Below are positions 1 through 9,004 of a stretch of DNA of 27,399 bases, piece by piece (the first letter of the stretch is position 1; every line of letters begins with the position of its first letter). The position numbers were made by a program, and so were the translations under genes. Source of the stretch: an uncultured virus (IMG/VR IMGVR_UViG_2124908030_000007) (lineage: Duplodnaviria > Heunggongvirae > Uroviricota > Caudoviricetes). The notes under the pieces were generated by a model. The model was not told the origin of the DNA. It saw only the letters and a program-made list of their open reading frames with translations, and made no database searches. The stretch lies in the IMG/VR virus record IMGVR_UViG_2124908030_000007; one strand, written 5' to 3'.

Positions 1-54
1 CAGACAACTAATTTGATTACGAAAAAGTTATAACGGTGTAAGCGAAGTAGAAGT

Positions 55-750
55 ATGACAAAATACATTGTCGTAAGCGATATTCACTCAAACTCGAAGG
101 CACTTCAACGAGTCGCCTTTGAGGAAGGGTTCAAAGAGAACTACATCGTCCTCGGTGATTTGTTGGGACTTAACGGGTTTCCATCAAAGACCGTGGAGCT
201 AGTCAAACGACTTGGCACTCACGTCATTGCCGGGAACCACGACCGAGCAATCATCCACGAAAACGAAGGACACGTCATGTCAGACGAATTGAGTGAATTT
301 GAATTGTCGTACACACTCGACAACCTTACGCCACTCTCGATGAAGTTTATGAATAGACTCCCATACTTCAAAGAGATCAACATAGACGGCGAGAGCGTTG
401 CCCTGACCCACGCCAACCCATGGCCAGAAGAAGCATCAGGATACGACAGCGACGTTTCAGGCATCCCAAAAGGGAACGTTCCACACTATGCCTCAAAAGT
501 TGCTGACAAGTACGACTACGTACTTCACGGACACACTCACCAACAGTACGACCTTGATGCGAGTCGTTGGACGCATGATGTTCACTTCGTTAATCCGGGG
601 AGCCTCGGATACGACCACACGTACACAGTCATCGAGACAGACGACTGGAGCATTACTCACAAGAGCGTCGAAGACACGTCAGACGAAGTGAGAGAACATC
701 TTAAGAACGTGCTACCACCAGAGGCACCAAGCGTAGAGAGGTGGCTATAA
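55..750 (+). CDS. Calcineurin-like metallophosphoesterase (YfcE/MJ0936-like)
   Basis: Motifs SDIHSN, LGD, GNHD, THA, HGHTH and NPGS in canonical order; TATA-like GTTATAA ~27-33 with leaderless ATG. Confidence 0.9.
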   Translation: MTKYIVVSDIHSNSKALQRVAFEEGFKENYIVLGDLLGLNGFPSKTVELVKRLGTHVIAGNHDRAIIHENEGHVMSDELSEFELSYTLDNLTPLSMKFMNRLPYFKEINIDGESVALTHANPWPEEASGYDSDVSGIPKGNVPHYASKVADKYDYVLHGHTHQQYDLDASRWTHDVHFVNPGSLGYDHTYTVIETDDWSITHKSVEDTSDEVREHLKNVLPPEAPSVERWL

Positions 751-1067
751 TGGAGAAAGTAGTGACCGAACACGGAGAAGTAGAGTATAAAACCAAAGAG
801 TGTACTTCATGTGGCAACAAAGTCGTAGAAGAAGAAGCATATGTGGCAATTATTGGTGATGTAAAAAATCGTCGCTATCGATCAGGACAAGGTGAGTATG
901 AGTTTACGTTAAATAGTGATTATTATAAGGCCCCACTTTGTCCATACTGTGCTGAATCTGAAAATATCAATCTAGATTTATCTGATAGCATGATGAGTAT
1001 TCTTGTATTTCTTACAGGAATGCTACTGTTAGTGGCTTTACTTATTCTTTTCGTTCTGCTCGCGTAA
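750..1067 (+). CDS. Zn-finger protein with C-terminal membrane anchor
   Basis: CTSC...CPYC and a hydrophobic C-terminus; ATG at 750 overlaps the upstream TAA (TAATG). Confidence 0.7.
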   Translation: MEKVVTEHGEVEYKTKECTSCGNKVVEEEAYVAIIGDVKNRRYRSGQGEYEFTLNSDYYKAPLCPYCAESENINLDLSDSMMSILVFLTGMLLLVALLILFVLLA

Positions 1068-1108
1068 TCACAACGTTTATATTATTGGAGTGCCAATGGA
1101 TAGACACA

Positions 1109-1459
1109 ATGAGCGACCCAATAGTCTCAGAAGAGGAACTGATTGACTGGCTATGCTGGATGTGGGCAGTTGATGGACAAGAGTTCTATCCAGTAGAAGA
1201 GACAGCACAAGAATGTATGAACACTGTTCGAGACAAGTATGAAGACTCAATGAAACTCGAAAACGTTCGTGGTTGGGAAGAAGGATACCACGAGCGAGCA
1301 GTCGAAGAAGCAACAATTCGACTCCACGACCTTGAACAACGTGGCTTCGATCCTGTCGAGCGAGCAGCGCGGGAACAGCGAGAGGTTATGAAGCGATCAG
1401 ACGGTGAGTACATTGGACTAGACTGGACGTGGTACTACGGAGAGCGAGACGAAGAATGA
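1109..1459 (+). CDS. Hypothetical acidic protein
   Basis: ORF; TTTATA at ~1076 places a leaderless ATG at 1109 rather than the track start 1085. Confidence 0.7.
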   Translation: MSDPIVSEEELIDWLCWMWAVDGQEFYPVEETAQECMNTVRDKYEDSMKLENVRGWEEGYHERAVEEATIRLHDLEQRGFDPVERAAREQREVMKRSDGEYIGLDWTWYYGERDEE

Positions 1460-1974
1460 TCTCACCGTCAGTCTTCATTGGTGGCTTGATGGCAGCAGCG
1501 ATAACACTTTTGTTGCTATCAAAATACTTTCGAAAGAAAAGAGAGAATAGTAAGGAAACAAGAGAGATAGAAAAAGAAAGAACAGTTAAAAGAAAGTTTA
1601 CAAGAACTTACGCAACGTTGACATTCATTGATGGTGAGACAAGAGAAATAACATACGACGATAGAGAGAATGTACAAAACAATCCATTTACTAAATTCAT
1701 TACTTTTACTCCAGATTGCTTTTTTGTTATCGCAAAAGATTTTTCAACTGGCCCAATTAAACCAAGAGTTTCACTTAACAAAGCAAATGTGAGACAAATT
1801 AACCTTTCAAATGTAAAAGAATTTGAAATAAAAGAGACTGAACAGTACATAGCAGAAGCTGATATAGAACTTGTTATTGAACAAGAGCGTGTTAGGGATA
1901 GTCACTGGAAAAACAGTTGGTACAACAACGTTAGTAACTTCTCGGACGCAGAATTTACGATAGAAAAATGTTAA
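1456..1974 (+). CDS. Hypothetical protein with N-terminal TM anchor
   Basis: ATGA overlap with the previous stop; hydrophobic N-terminus followed by a basic stretch. Confidence 0.7.
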   Translation: MISPSVFIGGLMAAAITLLLLSKYFRKKRENSKETREIEKERTVKRKFTRTYATLTFIDGETREITYDDRENVQNNPFTKFITFTPDCFFVIAKDFSTGPIKPRVSLNKANVRQINLSNVKEFEIKETEQYIAEADIELVIEQERVRDSHWKNSWYNNVSNFSDAEFTIEKC

Positions 1975-2201
1975 TACTAACAGTTTTTCTTTTGACAACT
2001 ATAGTTATTCTTACGCTAATTCTGTTTTCTAGTAGGCAAGAAGACATTACTACAGTCGAAGTAGAAGCTGAATCACCAGAAGAGTTTAACTACTTCTTCG
2101 TGACAGTCAAATACGAAAATGGCGACGAAGAAGTTATATACGTGGCAGAAACAGACACACGATTCGATATATCGACTGGCGACAGCGACGAGTTTAAGTA
2201 G
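1968..2201 (+). CDS. Small membrane-anchored hypothetical protein
   Basis: Hydrophobic N-terminus, acidic C-terminus; overlaps previous gene end. Confidence 0.6.
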   Translation: MLILTVFLLTTIVILTLILFSSRQEDITTVEVEAESPEEFNYFFVTVKYENGDEEVIYVAETDTRFDISTGDSDEFK

Positions 2202-2222
2202 CTATGGACACACGTTTTTGAT

Positions 2223-2687
2223 ATGAGAGCAAGAAACATTGGCTTGATCATACTCCTCGGAGTAGCACTTATAGGTATCGGAATACCTGTAATGATGGGA
2301 GCAGAAACTGATGTACAGTACCAGTACGAAGTAAAAAGTGAGCAAATTGAAACAGATGCCGGATACAATGGTACGGCAACAAACATCAACGACCTTCCAC
2401 AATCACAGCAAGAAGCGTTGTTTAAAGCATACAAAGAGAGCGACCACTTCCTTGGAGGTGGAGCAGGTGTACAAATAGAAACAGACGAGCCACTCGAACT
2501 TACTCAAGATGAAAAGTGGAGAGTTATTGAAATAGAAGGTGTCAGAGTACTTGTTGGAATGAGTGGACCCGAAAAAGAACATGAGCCAGAAGGTAACGCT
2601 GGTATATTTGGATTTACACTTGTCATTGTTGGAGCATTTATCGTCATTGGATCTACGTTGGTACTAAGTGAAGAACTAGAATCGTAA
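2223..2687 (+). CDS. Membrane protein (N- and C-terminal TM helices)
   Basis: Two hydrophobic segments flanking an acidic domain. Confidence 0.7.
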   Translation: MRARNIGLIILLGVALIGIGIPVMMGAETDVQYQYEVKSEQIETDAGYNGTATNINDLPQSQQEALFKAYKESDHFLGGGAGVQIETDEPLELTQDEKWRVIEIEGVRVLVGMSGPEKEHEPEGNAGIFGFTLVIVGAFIVIGSTLVLSEELES

Positions 2688-2722
2688 CAATTATACCCGC
2701 AGATAGCGTATGTTGAATCGAG

Positions 2723-3217
2723 ATGAGAAACAAAGAAGTCATCATGGCCGGAGCGATTATCGGAATTGTACTACTGTTTGGTGCTGTGATGCTAGCACCA
2801 ACAACAGGAAACACTGTTCAAGACGCTGTTAACGAGAGTACAGCCATTAGTGACGCTTCAGTCAATGGGTGGAGCGTTACTGTGACGATTGATCAGAACG
2901 CTCAACAGAACGACGAGTGGTGTACAAGTACGTACAATCCTGCTACGAAGACAACCGATACAACCTGTTACGACGACTACAAAGATGTGACCGTAACTCA
3001 CATCACCGTCGAGCAAAAGACAGAAGCATTCTTCCAACCAAACGAGCAGGTCGCTGAACGGACTGTGACGAACGGTGAAACCACACAGGTCTCACTCCCA
3101 CGAGAAAAAGGACTGTACATCATCAACATCCACTCAGAGCAAGGAGAAAGCAACATTCGTATCACCCTGAACGAATCAGGAGAAGTAGCTGACACAGGCT
3201 GGAGTAACGAAGTATAG
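2723..3217 (+). CDS. Secreted/surface-anchored Thr-rich beta protein
   Basis: Signal/TM N-terminus; Thr/Asn-rich body with a Cys pair. Confidence 0.7.
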   Translation: MRNKEVIMAGAIIGIVLLFGAVMLAPTTGNTVQDAVNESTAISDASVNGWSVTVTIDQNAQQNDEWCTSTYNPATKTTDTTCYDDYKDVTVTHITVEQKTEAFFQPNEQVAERTVTNGETTQVSLPREKGLYIINIHSEQGESNIRITLNESGEVADTGWSNEV

Positions 3218-3257
3218 CAAAACGTTTAAGTAGATAGCCGTCCTTCTTTTTCACACG

Positions 3258-3560
3258 ATGATTAGCACAACTCCACACATCGTGGTCATGCGAGAAGTTA
3301 ACACGAACGACGAGACGAACCTACACGAGTTTTGGGAACTTAAGTCATCCGGATGGTCAGAAAATGCAGGCGATGATCCAGTCTTACACTGTTACGTCGC
3401 TCCATGGAACGGGACAGGCTATGTTGCCAGAGATGGCCTGCCTCCTAAAAACGACAGAGCAGCAGATACGTGTCTATGGAGTGACGCACCCGGAGCAGTG
3501 AAAGAAGAGATAAAGAAAGAAATCAAGCAAATGGCAAATAAGGTCGAAGAGTTCGACTAA
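3258..3560 (+). CDS. Hypothetical protein
   Basis: ORF with its own BRE-TATA (CAAAACGTTTAAG ~3218-3230). Confidence 0.65.
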   Translation: MISTTPHIVVMREVNTNDETNLHEFWELKSSGWSENAGDDPVLHCYVAPWNGTGYVARDGLPPKNDRAADTCLWSDAPGAVKEEIKKEIKQMANKVEEFD

Positions 3561-3602
3561 ATCAAAAGCCTTAATACAATAGCCGTGTAATGAGTAAATA
3601 CG

Positions 3603-3827
3603 ATGGACGAGGACAAGTTCACGACGGTCGAATTGGACGACACTGACAAGAACCTCGAAGCTGTTGCCACGGGTATCAGGTACGCTATCAAGAACCAGTA
3701 CGACCTCCCTGACGGTTGTACTATCTACCCTTACGGCATCGACGCCTCCGTCCCTGACGAGAGGTTCGTTACCCACGTCTACATCGAGGACAGCGAGGGC
3801 AACGAGGTGACTGACTTGGAAGAGTAG
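3603..3827 (+). CDS. Hypothetical acidic protein
   Basis: ORF with its own promoter (AAAAGCCTTAATA ~3564-3576). Confidence 0.65.
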   Translation: MDEDKFTTVELDDTDKNLEAVATGIRYAIKNQYDLPDGCTIYPYGIDASVPDERFVTHVYIEDSEGNEVTDLEE

Positions 3828-3865
3828 GCGAAACCCTTTTACCAGTACATCCCCTTTGTACTGGT

Positions 3866-4060
3866 ATGGAACACGAACTTACGGAAAACGAGTTGAAGAG
3901 GATAAAACACAACGGAGTACTATTTTTGGACGACCACATAGTAGTCCCATATGGCCATAATGTAAAAAGTGACAAATTGGCATGTGCGTACTCCTTTAAC
4001 ACTATACAGCGGTTAGAAAATGGACAGACCATTCGTTGGGAAGAGACGTCGAGAGCTTGA
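3866..4060 (+). CDS. Hypothetical protein
   Basis: ORF with its own promoter (CGAAACCCTTTTA ~3829-3841). Confidence 0.55.
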   Translation: MEHELTENELKRIKHNGVLFLDDHIVVPYGHNVKSDKLACAYSFNTIQRLENGQTIRWEETSRA

Positions 4061-4095
4061 AATTTATTACGAGGANNNNNNNNNNNNNNNNNNNN

Positions 4096-4178
4096 CTGAC
4101 CTGCTCGTACTGGACGGAGACGAACTCGAAGAAGAAGTAGAACGAATGCTCAATTTCCAGAAAAGTAGCTCGTTCTAA
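4096..4178 (+). CDS. 3' end of a gene cut by an N gap
   Basis: Open acidic frame DLLVLDGDELEEEVERMLNFQKSSSF* directly after gap 4076-4095. Confidence 0.4.
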
Positions 4179-4221
4179 CCGGAAACGAAACCCTTATTTG
4201 ATTGGCAAGCCAATCAATGGT

Positions 4222-4830
4222 ATGCCCAATCAGGACGACCCACTACGGCTGATGAAAGCAGAAGTTGACCGACTTTTCAACAAACACCGCTTCGACTGTA
4301 TCGGGCGAGGCGACGTTCACTGTGCCGTCGCACGATGGAAAGGACGGAACGGTGTGGCAAAGTACAACCGTCGTCTCAACGGCAAGCAGCGATACGGAGA
4401 GCGTATGTCTCGCGGTGTCACGAAGGCTGACGGAGAACACGTCATCGCAGTCAACGAGAAGATTTTAGAAGACGGGAACCGAGACGGATTTATTGACACG
4501 GTGCGTCACGAGTTGGCACACGTCGTCATCTACGAGATGTTCGGCTCGTCTCAAGGTCACAACGAACGCTGGAAGCGTGTGGCCAGACGACTTGGTGCTG
4601 ACGATAGTTCGACACACCGCCGTCGAGACCACTCAGACGAGTACGAGTACTACATCAGTTGCCCGAACTGTGGCATGCAGTCGGGCAAGAGACGGCTGTG
4701 TAAGACGATTAAGAAGCCATACAACCGACGCTGTACAAAGTGTGGCGAAAGCTCTCTCGTCTCTCACGACGCTCACAAGCCCATTCCAGAAGAGAACGGG
4801 ACCGTGGACGTTGATCGATTAAAATCATAA
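4222..4830 (+). CDS. SprT-like zinc metalloprotease with C-terminal Zn ribbon
   Basis: DTVRHELAH (HExxH), GHNERW, then CPNC...CTKC; ATG 4222 fits promoter CGAAACCCTTATT ~4186-4198. Confidence 0.85.
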   Translation: MPNQDDPLRLMKAEVDRLFNKHRFDCIGRGDVHCAVARWKGRNGVAKYNRRLNGKQRYGERMSRGVTKADGEHVIAVNEKILEDGNRDGFIDTVRHELAHVVIYEMFGSSQGHNERWKRVARRLGADDSSTHRRRDHSDEYEYYISCPNCGMQSGKRRLCKTIKKPYNRRCTKCGESSLVSHDAHKPIPEENGTVDVDRLKS

Positions 4831-4962
4831 TAATGGAAATAATTAGAGACCCTGAAGAAGAACGTAAATGGTTAAAGAGAAAAAAGAACATTTCGATGAA
4901 CTAAGATCGAGAGGATACCTCACAAGAAAGAAACCGTAGGGTTTATGTGATAGGCAGCCCAA

Positions 4963-5493
4963 GTGGTTATTGTGACACGAACCAATAACACGTCGCTAAA
5001 AGATGTGTGGCAAACTCCCGACGAGGTTCTCACCATGTTGGGAGAAATCGATCTCGACCCGTGTGCTGGACTTGACACCAACCACGGAGAAACGAACTTC
5101 CGAAACATCACTCACGACGGCCTCGAATCAGACTGGTTCGGACGGGTTTTCGTCAACCCTCCGTTCTCTGAAAAAAGCGCGTGGCTCGAAAAATCAATCG
5201 AAGAACGAGAGAACACTGAGTGCATCTTCGTGCTGACACCTGACAGCACTGACACGATCAGTTGGTGGCACGAGTACATCGCCTCAGAAGCAGACTACAT
5301 CTGGTTCAGCGAAGGGCGTATCTCTTACGTCGTTCCAGAAGAGCGAGCGAACTTGTTCGACGACCACGAAGGCGGCGAGAAGGCAGGCAGTCCGACCTTC
5401 GGGACAGCGATTAGCGTGTTCGGTGAACCCGGAGACGACACGCTTGAGCGGATGAACGAGAACGGTCAATTGTTGGAGACCTACCGACCATGA
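4963..5493 (+). CDS. Phage-type DNA N6-adenine methyltransferase (phage Dam family)
   Basis: WQTP, IDLDPCA, DGL..WFGRVFVNPPFS (NPPF catalytic motif), GRISY; true start may be GTG 4972. Confidence 0.85.
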   Translation: MVIVTRTNNTSLKDVWQTPDEVLTMLGEIDLDPCAGLDTNHGETNFRNITHDGLESDWFGRVFVNPPFSEKSAWLEKSIEERENTECIFVLTPDSTDTISWWHEYIASEADYIWFSEGRISYVVPEERANLFDDHEGGEKAGSPTFGTAISVFGEPGDDTLERMNENGQLLETYRP

Positions 5494-5579
5494 TCGGGGT
5501 AGTCATGTCAACTGTTCTTACGATCTTTGGACTACTTGTTGGTGTAGGTCTCTTTATGATAAAGGTGGGGGTGGCGTAA
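5490..5579 (+). CDS. 29-aa single-TM peptide (not in ORF track)
   Basis: MIGVVMSTVLTIFGLLVGVGLFMIKVGVA*; ATGA overlap with the methylase stop. Confidence 0.5.
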   Translation: MIGVVMSTVLTIFGLLVGVGLFMIKVGVA

Positions 5580-5581
5580 TT

Positions 5582-5689
5582 ATGTTCGCCATTCTTTCAT
5601 TCTTACTGTCAGTTATTTTTGGGATTATTGGCGTTATCTTTGGACTGGTGTTCATCGTGGTATTATTGAAGTCTGATTATACGTTATAA
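5582..5689 (+). CDS. 35-aa single-TM peptide (not in ORF track)
   Basis: MFAILSFLLSVIFGIIGVIFGLVFIVVLLKSDYTL*; starts 2 nt after the previous stop; T-tract follows. Confidence 0.5.
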   Translation: MFAILSFLLSVIFGIIGVIFGLVFIVVLLKSDYTL

Positions 5690-5789
5690 CCGCGCTTTTA
5701 TCGAAAAAATTACCTGACACCCTTTTTATAGAAAATCTCTATGGAGCCAAAAGGCTTAAGTACATCCTCGACCAAGGGGTAGTATAACG

Positions 5790-6020
5790 ATGGTACGACT
5801 CAATTGTCCGAGTTGTGGCGGGTTTCACTGGTACAAGCAGATCGGCAAGGCTAATGGTGGCACGTATGAGTGTCCGAATTGTGGGAATCTTGAGCAGGGG
5901 ATGGCCTGTGCCGAGTGTGGTTCGGGTCGGATTGTTTCACGACTGCCTTTAGGTTATGAAACACGATGTTTCGGGTGTGGGTGTACGAAGGATCCTGTTT
6001 TTGAGAGTCGAAAGCCTTAA
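5790..6020 (+). CDS. Small double Zn-ribbon (CPxCG-type) protein
   Basis: CPSCG, CPNCG, CAECG, CFGCG; promoter AAAAGGCTTAAG ~5749-5760. Confidence 0.75.
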   Translation: MVRLNCPSCGGFHWYKQIGKANGGTYECPNCGNLEQGMACAECGSGRIVSRLPLGYETRCFGCGCTKDPVFESRKP

Positions 6021-6370
6021 GTCGTTGGAGGCACAATGTACATTCACTGAGCCACCAGCGGATCCATTCTTTCAAACCGAAAGACTTAAGTGGGTGGAGG
6101 TACAATGATCACTTGCTGGTTCCAATCATCCAGCGGTCCGGCCACGGCAATCAACCCACACTTTTTCGATACCGATCTCAATTGTGAGAAGCATCACGAT
6201 TCTGTGATGGACCGAAAGATTTAAGTAGGTATAGGTACAATGTATACTTGGTGATGGTTGGAGTCATCGCCTTGATACTCAACACTCTCTCCATTTTCTT
6301 CCTTTCAATTCTGTGAGAGGCATCACAGAACTGTTATGATCGAAAGATTTAAGTGGGTGGCCGTACAATG
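6009..6370 (+). repeat. Four 30-bp promoter-like direct repeats CGAAAG(A/C)YTTAAGT-N8-G(T/C)ACAATG
   Basis: Copies at 6009-6038, 6078-6107, 6213-6242 and 6341-6370; BRE (CGAAA) plus TATA (TTAAG); no substantial ORFs between them. Confidence 0.8.
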
Positions 6371-6519
6371 GGTAAACAAGAACTAGATTCGAGCAATCGT
6401 GGGTTGATTGTTCGATCAATGACGTTCGTGGCCGGGTCATATGGTGATACACTGTCTGACCTGCCGAGACGAATAAGCAAGCCCGTGTCCGGTAAAGCGT
6501 AAGTCCCCTCATCCAAAGT

Positions 6520-6795
6520 GGTGTCGGGACTGGATGGAGATGGCACCCACTGGTGGTGCGAAGGGATCCTGAAGGATTCTGGACTATAGGATATGAGGTA
6601 AGTCAGTCACACTCCACGTTTTGGACAACACACTTCCGTAGAGATGTGTCTATGGAAGTATAGTACTCCTTCGATGAGAGCCGAGGCACAATGGGAGTCT
6701 GACTTTAGAGAGGGAATCCCGTAATGGCCAGACAGGTTGAACCGAAGCACCCGGCCAGAGGCTTGAAGGATGACCCGGATTAGTACTCTATTGGA
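6520..6795 (+). ncRNA. Candidate structured non-coding RNA
   Basis: Nested inverted repeats: 6543-6547/6555-6559, 6563-6569/6574-6580, 6600-6606/6699-6705 enclosing 6632-6642/6649-6659 and 6665-6669/6694-6698, and 6725-6729/6753-6757; no ORF; strand inferred from G-U pairs. Confidence 0.4.
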
Positions 6796-7116
6796 TCATT
6801 CAATTAGTAGTCTTACTTCATACCAGTTGATGAACTCGTTTGAAGCGTACTCGACTCCGGTTAGTTCAGCCGAGGCTTCATACTGTGTGTCTTCTGAGAG
6901 TTCGTCACGGAGGCCGTAGGCTTCTCCGAGGGCTTCCTCGGGTGTTGGCTTGGGGAAGGTTGTAACGAACTCTTTGGGAGTATCAAGGTCGCCTGTCTTG
7001 GCATTTTCGACAAGGTGGACCTGTTCGGCAAGGTCGTTGATCTCGTCTCGAACGAGGTTGATGCGCTCTTGATCTGATAGCACGTCAACGTCAACCGTTC
7101 GGTGGATTGTTGTCAT
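6796..7116 (-). CDS. Hypothetical acidic protein
   Basis: ORF with promoter CGAAACCCTTATC on the - strand ~7144-7156. Confidence 0.7.
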   Translation of the reverse strand: MTTIHRTVDVDVLSDQERINLVRDEINDLAEQVHLVENAKTGDLDTPKEFVTTFPKPTPEEALGEAYGLRDELSEDTQYEASAELTGVEYASNEFINWYEVRLLIE

Positions 7117-7164
7117 CGTGACTTGTCGTAAGAGACTCGTAGGGATAAGGGTTTCGTTCGAGTG

Positions 7165-8040
7165 TTAGTCTCGTTGTTCTTTGACCTCGCCGAGAACGTC
7201 GTAATAGGTCGTCTCGGATAGGCCAAACTCGTCGCACCATTGCTCGACCTGTTCGCTGACTGGCAGGTCTGAGTCTTCGCGTAGCTCGATGAGGCGATAC
7301 TTGCGATAATCGAGATCGAATATTTCAAGTGCCATCTCTTCCCAATTTGCGTCACTTTGGCGACCAAATTCTCTCATGGAGCAGACCTCTTCGAATGATC
7401 GGATCGTTACCTCGAAGGAGGGATCAGTCACACGTTCGATCCATTCTGCCGTGTCTTTTTGGATAGAGACAGGGAGATTGGAGAAGCCGTCGTCTTTGGC
7501 GATTTCTTTAATTACGGACAGTCGTTCTTGGTAGGTAAGGGTCAGGTTGTAGTACGTGCCTCGGTCTTTGAGTGCGTCGAAGTGTCTGTTGTCTGGCGTG
7601 TCGTTGAAGGAGATGATAATCGTTCCCTGAAAGTTGAACGTGTTCGGGAGAACGGCTCCTTCAATTGACGGATGATCAATGTCCTGTGAGGTGTTGTACT
7701 GGACCCAATTTTCCTCACCTTCTGTGTCTGTGGCTGACTTCAACATGTCGATCGCTTTCGTGTTTGATGTGATGCCTGACATGTCATCGAGGAATAGCAC
7801 TTTGTTTGGACCCCGTGCCTTCCACAGAATCTTGTACAGTTCGATGGGAGTACTGAAGCCTTTCTGATGGTGCCACAGACGGCGCTCACGCTCTTCTGAG
7901 AGGACTTCACGGACGTGATGGGTCTTGCCTAAGCCTCCCCGTGCGTCGAGCATGAGCAGGTTGCTATAGCCTCGTGTGGTCATTCTCACGTAATTCCGCA
8001 AGTTACCGTAGTACTGCTCTAGGTCAGGTTCGTTTTCCAT
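7165..8040 (-). CDS. AAA+-like P-loop ATPase with putative C-terminal HTH
   Basis: Walker A LLMLDARGGLGKT, Walker B VLFLDD, TIIISFN sensor-like strand, ALKDR arginine-finger-like; C-terminal VSEQVEQWCDEFGLSETTYYDVL resembles an HTH. Confidence 0.8.
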   Translation of the reverse strand: MENEPDLEQYYGNLRNYVRMTTRGYSNLLMLDARGGLGKTHHVREVLSEERERRLWHHQKGFSTPIELYKILWKARGPNKVLFLDDMSGITSNTKAIDMLKSATDTEGEENWVQYNTSQDIDHPSIEGAVLPNTFNFQGTIIISFNDTPDNRHFDALKDRGTYYNLTLTYQERLSVIKEIAKDDGFSNLPVSIQKDTAEWIERVTDPSFEVTIRSFEEVCSMREFGRQSDANWEEMALEIFDLDYRKYRLIELREDSDLPVSEQVEQWCDEFGLSETTYYDVLGEVKEQRD

Positions 8041-8185
8041 ACGGGTTAGTAAGAGGGGGTGACATAAAAATGATTCGCTGCCGGAAAATCGAGGAAACGG
8101 ATAGCTCAGATTTTTCGGAACTAGAGGCTGCTACTGCCGTGACCGAAAGACTTTTACTACTGGTAAAAAATGACCGCTCGGGAGC

Positions 8186-8275
8186 CTACTGCTCGTCCGA
8201 CTCGTCGCGCATTCCGATCGCCTCAATGTCAGTCACGTCTCGGGGCATCAAGCGCAAGTCTTGGCTTTCGAGCAT
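8186..8275 (-). CDS. 29-aa peptide, distal-most cassette (not in ORF track)
   Basis: MLESQDLRLMPRDVTDIEAIGMRDESDEQ*; palindrome 8329, TATA CTTAAG ~8303-8308, T-tract 8165-8170. Confidence 0.5.
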   Translation of the reverse strand: MLESQDLRLMPRDVTDIEAIGMRDESDEQ

Positions 8276-8380
8276 CGTGTTTCTCTATTGGGGACATTGG
8301 TACTTAAGTGTTTCGATAGGGCGTGCTGTTTGAACCATGGTTCAAAGCGTCTCGTATAAAAAAAGTGACCGCTGTTTTTC

Positions 8381-8498
8381 TCAGATGTGTTCGGGGTTTC
8401 CTTCGAGGAAGCTTTCACCCCATGGGCACTCAGCACACATCTGGCCGAAGTCTTCGGTAACGATACGACCGCCACACTGGACAGGTTTGTCGTGTCAT
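8381..8498 (-). pseudogene. Frameshifted CPxCG Zn-finger microprotein (or sequencing error)
   Basis: MTRQTCPV in one frame continues as CGGRIVTEDFGQMCAECPWGESFLEGNPEHI* in another; a 2-nt loss at TGTCCAGTGTGGC would explain it. Confidence 0.5.
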
Positions 8499-8788
8499 AG
8501 GTCTAGTGGTACGTTAGTCGTGTCATGGCTGTTTGACTTCATTCGAGTCAGGTTTTGGTCGTTTAAGTACTGCGTCATCTCGTCGGACTGGATGACCTGT
8601 CGAAACACTCGTTCGGGTGGATCAAGCACTTCGATCTCCCCTCGCCCGACGTTGCTTTCTTCATACGAGAGACTGGCCACTCCTCCAGCCTCGGGAGAGG
8701 CGGAGAACTTGTGAGCGTATACGCCCAACGAGAGCGTAAACTCGGCTGACCCGTCTTCGTGAACTGTACACATCACCGACTTGTACAT
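8495..8788 (-). CDS. Hypothetical protein
   Basis: ORF coupled to both neighbours. Confidence 0.65.
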   Translation of the reverse strand: MYKSVMCTVHEDGSAEFTLSLGVYAHKFSASPEAGGVASLSYEESNVGRGEIEVLDPPERVFRQVIQSDEMTQYLNDQNLTRMKSNSHDTTNVPLDL

Positions 8789-8790
8789 TG

Positions 8791-8979
8791 TTAGTCGAAG
8801 CCGATGATGCTCACATCACAGTCAGGGTCATTGTACCCGAGGTCAGCGATGTCTTCGATCGTGACCTCAAACTCCGTTTGTGAGAGGTCTCCGATCTCGT
8901 CGCTGGTGCGAGTGGGACCGTTCTCCCAATCGAACTGGTACAGAGGCTGAACGTCTTCGGCTATGGATGAGTTGTCCAT
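8791..8979 (-). CDS. Hypothetical acidic protein
   Basis: ORF with promoter CGAAACGTTTAAG ~9004-9016 (no palindrome). Confidence 0.65.
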   Translation of the reverse strand: MDNSSIAEDVQPLYQFDWENGPTRTSDEIGDLSQTEFEVTIEDIADLGYNDPDCDVSIIGFD

Positions 8980-9004
8980 GTTTATTGTATGGGGCTATGG
9001 GTAC

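Noticed and set aside
4963..5493. Methylase targets the CATG/CCATGG core of the palindrome
   Set aside because: Specificity cannot be read from the sequence and nothing links the two beyond co-occurrence; methylome data would be needed.
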